DNA of 32,000 bases from Synechocystis sp. PCC 6803 substr. PCC-P (GTDB lineage Bacteria > Cyanobacteriota > Cyanobacteriia > Cyanobacteriales > Microcystaceae). The notes below the pieces were generated by a model. It did no database searches. It saw only the letters and a program-made list of their open reading frames with translations, and had not been told where the DNA came from. The position numbers and the translations under genes are program-made. This document shows, one piece after another, positions 1-9,566 of the stretch (positions are counted from its first letter, which is position 1; each line of letters opens with the position of its first letter). Where the stretch lies: the NCBI RefSeq assembly GCF_000284455.1, contig NC_017039.1, positions 2,700,001 to 2,732,000 on the forward strand, given 5' to 3'.

Positions 1-3000
1 AATGCGAGAAAAGCCTAAGGATTTGGCTAAATGCTTGAGCTTAACCACTTTAAATAATTCCTCCACCGGACTTGGTAACATACCATACCGATCGCCCCAA
101 TCCAAGGCAATTTTCGGCAACTCATCAGTGGATTCAATGCTAGTAATGCGACGATAGGCGGCCATTTTTTCTTCTAAATCGGGAATGTAGTCGCTGGGAA
201 TAAAGGCAGTGAGAGGTAAATCTATTTGGGTATCTTCCACTTTGGGAATTTCCTGACCCTGGATTTCTTTAATGGCATCTTGCAACATCTCCATATAAAA
301 CTCATAACCGATCGCCTCCATTTGCCCCGATTGTTCTGCACCCAAAAGATTACCTACGCCCCGAATTTCCATATCCCTAGTGGCCAGTTGATAACCGGAA
401 CCAAGTTGGCTGAATTCTTGCAATGCCCGCAGTCTTAATCTAGCTTTTTCCGTTAACTGTTTTTGGTTAGGATAGAGCAACCAAGCATGGGCTTGAATAC
501 CCGATCGCCCTACCCGACCCCGCAGTTGATAAAGTTGGGCCAAGCCAAATTTTTGGGCATCTTCAACAATAATTGTGTTTACCCTGGGAATATCCAAACC
601 AGCTTCGATGATAGTAGTACAAACTAAAATGTCCGCCTCACCATCATTGAAAGCTAACATAGTACTTTCCAACTCAGATTCCTCCATTTGACCATGACCA
701 ATGGCAATGCGAGCACTGGGCACCATTTGTCGCAGTTGTCCTCCCAATTCCTCAATACCTTCAATGCGAGGCACGACATAAAAAACCTGCCCACCCCGGT
801 CTAGCTCGTTACGAATGGCGGTGCGAATTACTTCGGGATTGTAGGGAGATAAATGGGTTTTAATGGGGCGACGGGAAGGTGGCGGTGTGGTAATCAGACT
901 CATTTCCCGAATGCCGGAAAGGGACATATAAAGGGTACGGGGAATGGGAGTTGCCGTTAGGGTTAATACATCTACTTCCGTTTTCAGGGTCTTAATTTTT
1001 TCCTTTTGGTTAACACCAAAGCGCTGTTCTTCGTCAATAACTAAAAGTCCTAAATCTTTAAATTTTACCGATGTACCTAATACCTGTTGGGTACCTACCA
1101 CAATATCTAATTCACCACTTTTTAACTTGGCTAAAATCTCCTTTTTCTCCGAAGCAGTGCGAAAACGATTCAGTAAACCAATGGTGATGGGATAGGGAGC
1201 AAATCTTTCTTTAAGGGTGTGGTAATGCTGTTGGGTTAACACCGTGGTGGGAGCTAGTAAAGCCACCTGTTTATTGCCACTGGTCACGGCCTTAAAAATG
1301 GCCCGCACCGCCACTTCTGTTTTGCCAAAGCCCACATCCCCACACACTAATCTATCCATCGGGCGATCTCCTTCCAAATCCCTTTTCACATCCTGTACTG
1401 CTTTTAGTTGATCGGGGGTGGGTTGGTAGGGGAAAGAATCTTCCAATTCCTGTTGCCAGGGACTATCCGGCGGATAGGCATAACCCACCTGTTTTGCCCG
1501 CTTAGCATAAAGATTGAGCAAATCAACGGCCAATTTTTTAACTGCTTTGCGGACTTTATTTTTGGTGGCTTCCCACACTTTACCGCCCATTTTATGCAGT
1601 TCGGGAGGTCTAGTTCCCGTATGGCGAAAGCGGGATAAACTGTCCAAACTATCGGCGGGCACCCGCAAAATGCCGTCGGCATATTGGATCATTAAATATT
1701 CCCGATTAGCCAACGCATCCAACTTCAAAAATTTGCCAATGCCATGACTTTTGTGGACTACATAATCCCCAGGGGAAAGTTTATTAATGTCAACTTGTTT
1801 AGACGTAGCCCGTCGCCGTTTCCGCACATATTCCGGTGTAGCTAAAGCATGCTGACCAAATAATTCTCGATCCGTGACTAAAACTAAACGAAAGGTCGGT
1901 AAGATAAACCCTTCTAATTCCGCTAATCCTGAATACTTTAACGTCACCGCTGTCCGTTGAATCTGACTTTTTTCAATGGCAGGATAATCCCTCGGATTGG
2001 CAATAAATTGCACCGCACAATCATGTTCCTGCAACAAAGAAACAGTACGACTGGGCTGGGCTGAAATCAACCAAGTGCTGTATTGTCCCAACGTCAAACC
2101 GCTATAAATTTCCCGTTTCCCCCGTAAAATTTCTGCCAACTTAGCAAACTGGTGGGGCATGGTGGGGATGGGTCGAGCTGAAATATCTAAACTATCCCCA
2201 TTCGCTTCGTGGATTTCTGACAGGGTAATGTATTGAAAATCTGTTTTTAGGCGATCGCCAAGGGCCGAAAAATTTCGATGTAATTGGGGTAAATTCGGTA
2301 ACTGCAAAGCTGACCAATCCTGGGCCACCGCCTCAAACCACCGTTCACTGTGGGCCGCACATTGCTCTGGTTCATCCAGTACACAGACTGTTTCTGTCGG
2401 TAAATAATCTAATAAACAAGCCGGTTCAGTAAAGGCGAGACCCAAAAATCGCTGTAATCCCTCTTTGCCGAATAATTGCTCCGTTTCCGCATCTTCTCCC
2501 CAAGCAGAGAGATCAATGGCCTGGGCATTTAACGCCGGTTCGATCACCTGATCAAAACTGGTGGGGGTCAGCACCAAACCAGTTAAGTCATCCAAGGAAC
2601 GCTGGCTAGCAGGATCAAACTCCCGGATTTTTTCCAACTCATCACCAAACCATTCCAGCCGCACCGGTAGCTCCGCCGACACTGGGAAAATATCAACAAT
2701 ATCCCCCCGCCGACTCCATTGCCCCTCTGTTTCCACCGTACTGCCACGCTCGTAGCCCAACCTCGCTAGGGTAAGCTCCAGACTTTTGCTATCCATCTCC
2801 TGACCGCGTCGTAGGGCCAAACAGTATTCCCGTAAGGTTGCCACCGGGGGTAAATGGGGCTGTAGGGCCTTTTCTGTAGCGACGATCGCCTTGCCCTTAA
2901 CCTGATGGCCCTGGATTAATTCTGCCAACACCTGCATTTGTCCCCAAACCATTTCCGACTCTAGTCGCCCAGGGTCATAGGGGGAAGCTTCAGAAGTGGG

Positions 3001-3246
3001 GTAAAAATTAACGGTTTGCCAACCCATCAGTTCCAACTGGGCTGTCCAGCGCCCCGCTTCCTCCAACGTGGCAGTGATGACCAAAAGATTTTTCTCCAGG
3101 GACTGGGCCAAACTGGAAACGATTAGGCCTTTGGGTAACCGGGGTAGGCCACTGAGTTGCACATGGCCCCGCTTTTGCAATTTTTCCCGCAGGTCTTTGC
3201 TCAACGGTAAGGTTTGCAGATGGCGGAGTATGGAGGAAAAGGTCAT
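1..3246 (-). CDS. mfd: Transcription-repair coupling factor Mfd; N-terminal 1082 codons, with the 3' end beyond the window edge
   Basis: Not in the ORF track because there is no stop in the window. My translation from the ATG at 3246 starts [22 protein letters not shown]. It stays in frame through a CarD/TRCF-like segment ([14 protein letters not shown]), Walker A at ~1321-1350 ([10 protein letters not shown]) and a DEEQ helicase box at 1024-1035 (VIDEEQRFG). Position 1 closes a codon. Confidence 0.9.
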
Positions 3247-3504
3247 TGGGTTCAGAGCAGAGGAGATACTAACAAATCTTAGCCTGTTCCCCAGCCCGAC
3301 AGAATCCTTGTCCCTATTCCGATTGCCCTGTTTGAGGACAGCCCTAGGCTCAGCCATGGCCAATCATCCCTAGTAAGGTCGACCCCTAGGAAAACTTTTG
3401 CCCTTGTTCAGTTATCAAAAACAGGTACAGCAAGAACCCCATCCCAACTCCTAGCAAATTTCAGGGTGGAGGGAAGCTAAACAAATTCTGCAATTAGACA
3501 AAGT

Positions 3505-3810
3505 TCAATTACCCTTATCCTGGCGCAGAAAGACCCGATAAACTCCGTAGAGAATGACGAGCAAAATAGCCAAAGTGACCAGGGAAGCCACAAACTTCAG
3601 CACCTGGGTCAGCACCGAAAAAGCAACAAACAAAACGGCGATCGCCACAGCGCCTTTGGCGGGGAGGGGCAAATTATCAAACCATTGTTGGAACTGCAAC
3701 CAATATCTACGGGCTGCATCAGTGATGCCATCGTCTCCCGTATCGTAGGAATCTACCACCTCCACTTTGGGGGTTTTAACTTCCTGATCCTGATAATCTG
3801 ATGGGGTCAT
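3505..3810 (-). CDS. Hypothetical small membrane protein: acidic N-terminus followed by two predicted transmembrane helices
   Basis: 101-aa ORF with hydrophobic stretches AVAIAVLFVAFSVLTQVL and LVTLAILLVILYGVY. No family recognised. Confidence 0.5.
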   Translation of the reverse strand: MTPSDYQDQEVKTPKVEVVDSYDTGDDGITDAARRYWLQFQQWFDNLPLPAKGAVAIAVLFVAFSVLTQVLKFVASLVTLAILLVILYGVYRVFLRQDKGN

Positions 3811-4559
3811 AGATTGGTTTTCCTAACAAAAATCATCACCAAGTCAACCACTGGGGCTATTGGCCAAGGATCGTAGCATAACTCCCTGCCCTCTTTGGTA
3901 AGGTAACTGCTTGGGGTCTGGGGGGTAAGACTAATAATTGCGGTGACCCACAATCAAATTCTTTGGTCAACCACCAACTCTCCCGACCCTTTGCCAAGAC
4001 TGGCTAAGCATACCGCCATCAGAGGGAAGTTTCCTTGATGGGACTTTTTTGCCAACAGGATTCCAGCAGGGAGATCTGATACATGGACCAAAAATGGCTC
4101 AATCGCCATGTGGATTTTGACTCTCGACTAAAAATAGGTTGATTCAAGTAACAAAACCAGAAACGGGATACTTGTCTGAGCTTCCAGAACATGGTCGGTT
4201 TCCTCCCAAAACATTGAGTTGATATGTTCACAAAAGATTTGATCTGCTGTTGATCACCCACCACTATCCAAATTGTCCCACTGCTTTTTGGAAACGGAAC
4301 AAATTCTTTACACCTTGTAATGCAAGCTTTTACAGACCTTAATAAACTTTGTTTATCTCTCTAATAAGATTTTCTGGGGCCTAACCCCCAATTTACGTGG
4401 TAGTTTGTGGAAGCCCATAGCGAAAATCTTGTCCGCCTTTTTGTACTATGCGTGGATGAGTGGGACTGCCTGGGACTCACCAATCTATTTGCCTGAGTTT
4501 TCACCACCGACCTCTGATTCAATCGGGGTTTGCAGTCCTTGACCTTTACCTCTAAGTCT

Positions 4560-5525
4560 ATGAAAGGAATTAACGTTTGTCGCTCGATCGCCGGTGTTAT
4601 TGGCACAGCGAGTTTGACAACCCTGGTGTGGGGTAACTGCCCTTCTGGATTGTTGGCCTTAAATGCCATCACCCAAGCAGATGCTCCGACAGCTGTTTCA
4701 GAGAATAATTCTTCTCTAGCTCCCTTAGAATCTTCCGTTACCGCCACTTCTTCTACCCCGGCACCTGCTTTCCAAGACACCGAACTAATTTCTTTAGTTC
4801 CCCACCAAGGGCCGGAAAATCGTTTAGCTGTTACCCTGCGGGTGAACCAAATTCCCGTGGTCACCTTTTTGGGCACCGCCACTGAGTTGGCTGCTCTGAG
4901 CAATGACCAAGTCACCGACACCATGGAGCGGGCCCAGACCGTTGCCCGTCGCCTGGACGAACTGAGCGGGGCTGAGTTCTTTGACCCAAGCACCATCAAA
5001 GTGGGTCTAGATGCCACTACCCGCCAACTGGTGGTCAAATCTGAAGACGAAATTCTGCTGACTATCAACAAAAATACTGTTTTACCAGAAAAAAAACTCT
5101 CCGCCCCGGAAACTGCTCTGCAAACCGCTAACCGTCTGCGCCGTTTGTTGGGGGGAGCAGAACCCATTGTGGCTTTACCAGCAGCTCTGCAGGTGGCCCG
5201 GGTCAACACCTTTGATGCTGCCGCAACCATTAAAAGGATCAAGGGGGGTATTGCTTCCTGGTATGGTCCTGGATTCCATGGCCGACGCACAGCCAACGGT
5301 GAACGTTTTAACCAAAACGCTCTAACGGCGGCCCATCGAACTTTGCCCTTCGGTACTAGGGTGAAGGTGACCAATCTTCGCAACGGCCAGTCTGTGGTGG
5401 TGCGTATTAATGACCGGGGGCCCTTTACTGGGGGACGGGTAATTGATCTTTCCGCCGGAGCGGCCAGGGCGATCGGTATCCATAGCAGCGGCGTGGGTAA
5501 TGTTGCCCTGGACATTGTGCAGTAA
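4560..5525 (+). CDS. rlpA: RlpA-family lipoprotein-like protein with a double-psi beta-barrel domain
   Basis: The C-terminus [59 protein letters not shown] is the RlpA DPBB signature. I prefer the ATG at 4560 (MKGINVCRS..., signal-like) to the TTG at 4530 used by the track. Confidence 0.85.
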   Translation: MKGINVCRSIAGVIGTASLTTLVWGNCPSGLLALNAITQADAPTAVSENNSSLAPLESSVTATSSTPAPAFQDTELISLVPHQGPENRLAVTLRVNQIPVVTFLGTATELAALSNDQVTDTMERAQTVARRLDELSGAEFFDPSTIKVGLDATTRQLVVKSEDEILLTINKNTVLPEKKLSAPETALQTANRLRRLLGGAEPIVALPAALQVARVNTFDAAATIKRIKGGIASWYGPGFHGRRTANGERFNQNALTAAHRTLPFGTRVKVTNLRNGQSVVVRINDRGPFTGGRVIDLSAGAARAIGIHSSGVGNVALDIVQ

Positions 5526-5867
5526 TAGTTAAAAACCTATAATTTCGGGCTATGCCATTGTCCCTCAGCATAATGACTTTCCCAGCTTTCCCCAGGGTCT
5601 TGGGGGCACAATTATCCCTGGCATAGTCCATGCTCAATATTTAGAGCAATTAACTCCTGCCGGTTTGATTTGTCCAAGGCGATCGGCGGTTTTATTTTGA
5701 TGATTGATGGGCGATCTCGTCCTCTATCCCTTGTCGTTGTTGTTGGAAGAATTTCAGAAAGTGTTTGAAAAGTTTGAGAGTTTCAAGAAAGTAATGAGAG
5801 GCGCCAGTTGCGTAGTAGTTCTATGCTGCCATTGACCCTGAATTTGGCAAATATTGCCATGGTGATA

Positions 5868-5945
5868 TCAATGCTTACCCTCGACAAAGCCATTTTTGAC
5901 GACATTTCCATAACCACATTGAGGACAGTGACAGTGTGTAGGCAT
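5868..5945 (-). pseudogene. Truncated 25-codon zinc-ribbon ORF, possibly a decayed N-terminus of an IS transposase
   Basis: My translation is MPTHCHCPQCGYGNVVKNGFVEGKH then stop. The CxxC...VVKNG...GK pattern resembles the N-terminal zinc finger of IS1-type transposases, but the second Cys pair is missing. The surrounding 0.4 kb is AT-richer and non-coding. Confidence 0.25.
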
Positions 5946-6083
5946 CTTTCCAAAAGCTCATTACCCAATATTCTCTATCATGCCATATCATTATTTATTT
6001 GAAAATCTAAAAAAGCTTAGAATGAAGGCTCCCCACTGCAACTAGCGGGGAATTAGACCCTAGAGATTCAACGTGATGCTTCT

Positions 6084-6785
6084 CTATACTGCCAAAAATT
6101 TTTGGATAACCTCCTGGCTCAAAGTTTGGGTTTCCCCGGATGCCACAATGCCCCCTTTTTGCATGGCGTAGTAACGATCAGCCTGGCGGACAAAGTGCAA
6201 ATGCTGTTCCACCAAAAGGACGGAAATACCTGTGGCGGCAATAATCCGTTTTACCGCTGCTTCAATTTCTAGAATGATGGATGGTTGAATGCCCTCCGTG
6301 GGTTCATCCAACAGCAATAGTTTCGGCTGGCCCATCAAAGCTCTGGCGATCGCCAATTGTTGTTGCTGACCACCACTCAAGTCCCCTCCCCAGCGAGAAA
6401 GCATGGTTTTGAGCACAGGGAAAAGCTCGAAAATTTCATCGGGAATGCCTTTTTGCCGTTGACTTTTATCGGCACAGGCTTCCAGTCCCAGCAGTAAATT
6501 TTCCTGCACTGTCAAGCGGGGAATAATTTCCCGCCCCTGGGGCACATAGCCAATACCTAAACGGGCCCGTTTATCCGTCGGCACGGAATTCAACTGGCGA
6601 TCGCCATATACTACGTAACCACTGCGGGGGGAAAGCAGTCCCATAATGGTTTTAAGGAGAGTAGTTTTACCAACCCCATTGCGCCCGATCAAACATACCA
6701 TCTGTCCCGGAGCAATGGACATGTCTACATTACGTAAAATATGACTTTCTCCGTAATACACATTCAGGTCGGAAATTTGTAGCAT
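6084..6785 (-). CDS. urtE: ABC transporter ATP-binding subunit, LivF/UrtE type (urea or branched-chain amino acid transport)
   Basis: Walker A GRNGVGKTT, signature LSGGQQQQLAIARAL and Walker B LLLLDEPTEG. The typical start MLQISDLNVYYG is at 6785, so the track's upstream start at 6833 is probably too long. The symbol comes from my memory of the dispersed Synechocystis urt genes. Confidence 0.85.
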   Translation of the reverse strand: MLQISDLNVYYGESHILRNVDMSIAPGQMVCLIGRNGVGKTTLLKTIMGLLSPRSGYVVYGDRQLNSVPTDKRARLGIGYVPQGREIIPRLTVQENLLLGLEACADKSQRQKGIPDEIFELFPVLKTMLSRWGGDLSGGQQQQLAIARALMGQPKLLLLDEPTEGIQPSIILEIEAAVKRIIAATGISVLLVEQHLHFVRQADRYYAMQKGGIVASGETQTLSQEVIQKFLAV

Positions 6786-6910
6786 GGGGACGATCCAATT
6801 AGCCAAGAATGGGGGAAAGGATAACATAGCCATCCAGAATGTTCAAACGTCCCGTCAACCTTTGCTAATTATTCCTCCCAATGGGATGGGATTGGGGCAA
6901 TTAAGAGCGC

Positions 6911-8212
6911 TTAAAGATCAAGGTGAGTAAAAGCTTTTGCTCCCTGGCCAGTATAGGTGGCGGCAATGTGACCATGGCCCCACAATTGGTACTTATAGGT
7001 GACCAAACCCTCCAAACCCACTGGCCCCCGGGGCGGCATTTTCTGGGTACTGATGCCCACCTCTGCGCCAAAACCATAACGGAAACCATCGGCAAAGCGG
7101 GTACTGCAATTGTGGTAAACCCCGGCGGAGTCCACCCGCTGACAAAACTGCTCTGCGGCGGTTAAATCTTCGCTAATAATGCCATCGGTGTGCTTAGAAC
7201 CGTACTGGTTAATATGGTCGATCGCCGCTTCGAGGGAATCAACAATTTTGATGGAGAGGATTAGATCACTATACTCGGTGCACCAATCTGCTTCGGTGGC
7301 GGGTTCACAGTCAATTAATTTTTGAGTTCCACTATCTCCCCGCAAACTAACCCCTTTTTCCCCCAATGCCTGGGCCAAGGGTGGTAAAAATTCAGCGGCG
7401 ATCGCCTGGTGGACTAAAAGAGTTTCAATGGCATTGCAGGCGGCGGGATATTGGGTTTTGGCATCCACTGTGATGGGGATAGCCTTACTAAGATCAGCTT
7501 GAGCATCCAGATAAAGATGACAAATACCATCGGCGTGGCCCAACACAGGAATTTGGGTGTTTTGTTGAATGTATTGGACAAATTCGTTGGAACCCCGGGG
7601 AATAATCAAATCCACATACTGGTTCAGACCCAATAATTCCCGAATTTCCTCCCTGGTGGTGAGTAGGTTGATCGCTTCAGGACTCACAACGGTTTTCGCC
7701 AAGGCCGTTTGAATCACTTCAGTCAAAACTTGACAGGAGCGGGTAGCCTCTCGACCCCCTTTGAGAATTACGGCGTTGCCGGATTTGATCGCCAAACTAC
7801 TAATTTGGATTAGGGCCTCCGGACGCGCTTCAAAAATCACCCCCAAAACCCCTAGGGGACAACCAACCCGCTTTAACACTAAACCCTCGTCCAATTGGCG
7901 GTGGAGGGTAACTTGGCCCAAGGGATCGGGTAAATGCTCCACATCCTTCACCCCCGCAATGGTGCTTTTGAGCTTACTTTCCCCCAACAACAGACGGTTA
8001 TAAAGGGGTTTGGCAATGCCCATGGCTTCCGCAGCCGCACAATCTTCCTGGTTGGCAGCCAAAATTTCTGGCATAGCGGCCGTTAAACCATCAGCTATGG
8101 CGGCGATCGCCTGATTACGTTCGGCGGTGTTTAAACTACCCAGATGGAGGGCCGCTTGACGAGCATTGTGGGCCAGGGTGTGGAGGGCAGAAAGGCTTGG
8201 GGAAATAACCAT
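6911..8212 (-). CDS. proA: Gamma-glutamyl phosphate reductase
   Basis: 433-aa ORF of the aldehyde dehydrogenase superfamily with ProA-typical blocks ([70 protein letters not shown]). Confidence 0.95.
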
Positions 8213-8337
8213 GGGTTAGACGTTGACGATGCAGATACTTTAGTTATTTTTCGGACAGGGCAACTTTGGGGGGCAAACAGCAAAGCGCAGGGGAAAGTAT
8301 TTAAAAATATTTACGGCTTGAACCTGGGGGAATGGCT

Positions 8338-8970
8338 TTAATGATCCAGAGCCGATCGCCCTTGACGACCCAAACGAAAAATCAGGAAAGAGAGGAAATA
8401 CATCACATAGGCCACTAGGCCCACAATGCCCAAAAAGCCGAGAAATCCGGTGTTGGAATTAGCGTGGAACCAAGCCTTGTAATGGAGAGGGGGCTGGAGC
8501 CAAACCTGACAGAAACTTTCTGCCCCACCAATGCCATTCAGCCCACAGGAGAGGAAAGGAATATTTACCAAGATGGCAAAGCAGGAAAAAATAGTGATGG
8601 CCCATCGCCAAGTGGTGGTGGCCAATTTCAAAGGAGAAGGGGGTAAATCTTTGATTTCATCATTGAGGTCCACCCAAAACCATAAACTAATGGGAATTAG
8701 ACAACGGGCGGCAAAACCAGTGAAGAAAGCCAATGACCAGCCGGGAATCAGGAGATAAACCGTTACCACCAACAGGCTGGCCACGCGCCAATAGATAATT
8801 AGCAAGCGATTGATGGCATCCACCCGCTTAAATGCCGACCAAATGATCAGCACCAAGGGGATAAACACAGAAACGATGACCGCTAAGCGATAGTCCAACC
8901 AGATTAACCGCAACCAAATACCGTCTACTTCCATAACACCATCGAAAAATTTGACAAAACCAAGGGGCAA
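8338..8970 (-). CDS. Multi-pass membrane protein, conserved-hypothetical type
   Basis: 210-aa ORF with about 5-6 hydrophobic helices and native GC. The track start at 8970 is TTG; an in-frame ATG at 8934 (MEVDGIW) is an alternative. Confidence 0.6.
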   Translation of the reverse strand: MPLGFVKFFDGVMEVDGIWLRLIWLDYRLAVIVSVFIPLVLIIWSAFKRVDAINRLLIIYWRVASLLVVTVYLLIPGWSLAFFTGFAARCLIPISLWFWVDLNDEIKDLPPSPLKLATTTWRWAITIFSCFAILVNIPFLSCGLNGIGGAESFCQVWLQPPLHYKAWFHANSNTGFLGFLGIVGLVAYVMYFLSFLIFRLGRQGRSALDH

Positions 8971-9069
8971 TGCACACCAAAATGTGAACCCCCAGCTTTG
9001 CTAGGCTACCAAATTTTCAGACCAGTTTACGGGATTAACCGTCAGCGTCATTCAGTGGAAACAAAAAGA

Positions 9070-9249
9070 CTACTTTGCGTCTAGACTTTTAAGGATTTTT
9101 TGAGCTAAAAACTCCTTGATTTCTGTATGTCGAGGCACAGCTTCAACAATTCCAGTTGTAGGATTAATCCAAAGAGAGTGGGAGCCACCTTCTTGCTTTA
9201 AACAACAACCAGCCTGCCGCAACTTTTTCTCTAAATCCTTACGCTTCAT
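9070..9249 (-). CDS. hicA: HicA-family mRNA interferase toxin (59 aa)
   Basis: Below the track's 60-aa cut-off. My translation is MKRKDLEKKLRQAGCCLKQEGGSHSLWINPTTGIVEAVPRHTEIKEFLAQKILKSLDAK. The GSH...VPRH.EI...IL core is the HicA signature. Its ATG overlaps the hicB stop as ATGA (9246-9249). Confidence 0.8.
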   Translation of the reverse strand: MKRKDLEKKLRQAGCCLKQEGGSHSLWINPTTGIVEAVPRHTEIKEFLAQKILKSLDAK

Positions 9250-9464
9250 GGAATTAGAATCGTTTCTTCAATGGCCTCTTCAGGTAAACCTCGACGAATA
9301 TCTTCCAGGCGATCTTCAACAATAAGTTGTATGGCACTTTTCAAGCTAGCTTTTGCTTCTGCTATAGTGTCACCTTGACCATTAGCTCCAGGAATTTCTG
9401 GACAAATAGCCCAATATCCCCCATCCTCAGCGGCTTCAATAATTGCAGTTAGTTCAGCTTTCAT
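9246..9464 (-). CDS. hicB: HicB/UPF0150-family antitoxin, short form (72 aa)
   Basis: MKAELTAIIEAAEDGGYWAICPEIPGANGQGDTIAEAKASLKSAI matches the HicB N-terminal fold motif (GGY.A..PE.PG....G.T.EEA). The GGGAGA Shine-Dalgarno sequence ends 8 nt upstream of the ATG. Translationally coupled to hicA. Confidence 0.8.
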   Translation of the reverse strand: MKAELTAIIEAAEDGGYWAICPEIPGANGQGDTIAEAKASLKSAIQLIVEDRLEDIRRGLPEEAIEETILIP

Positions 9465-9501
9465 GATGAGTTTCTCCCAATGGTAAATAGCAGTAAATGT
9501 C

Positions 9502-9529
9502 AGTTTATTTACGTTAACATTGCTTGCAA
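9502..9529 (-). promoter_or_regulatory. Sigma70-like promoter candidate for hicBA (TTGCAA, 16 nt spacer, TAAACT)
   Basis: On the minus strand the -35 TTGCAA is at 9529-9524 and the -10 TAAACT at 9507-9502. This would give a leader of about 30 nt to the hicB ATG at 9464. Sequence inspection only. Confidence 0.3.
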
Positions 9530-9566
9530 AATTGCTGGATATGCTATTCGAAGATAAAAAGTATTT

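Noticed and set aside
4361-5515. 384-aa minus-strand ORF
   Set aside because: It lies antisense to the well-supported rlpA-like gene. Its Arg/Ser/Ala/Pro-rich composition is typical of a shadow frame, and it has no recognisable motifs.
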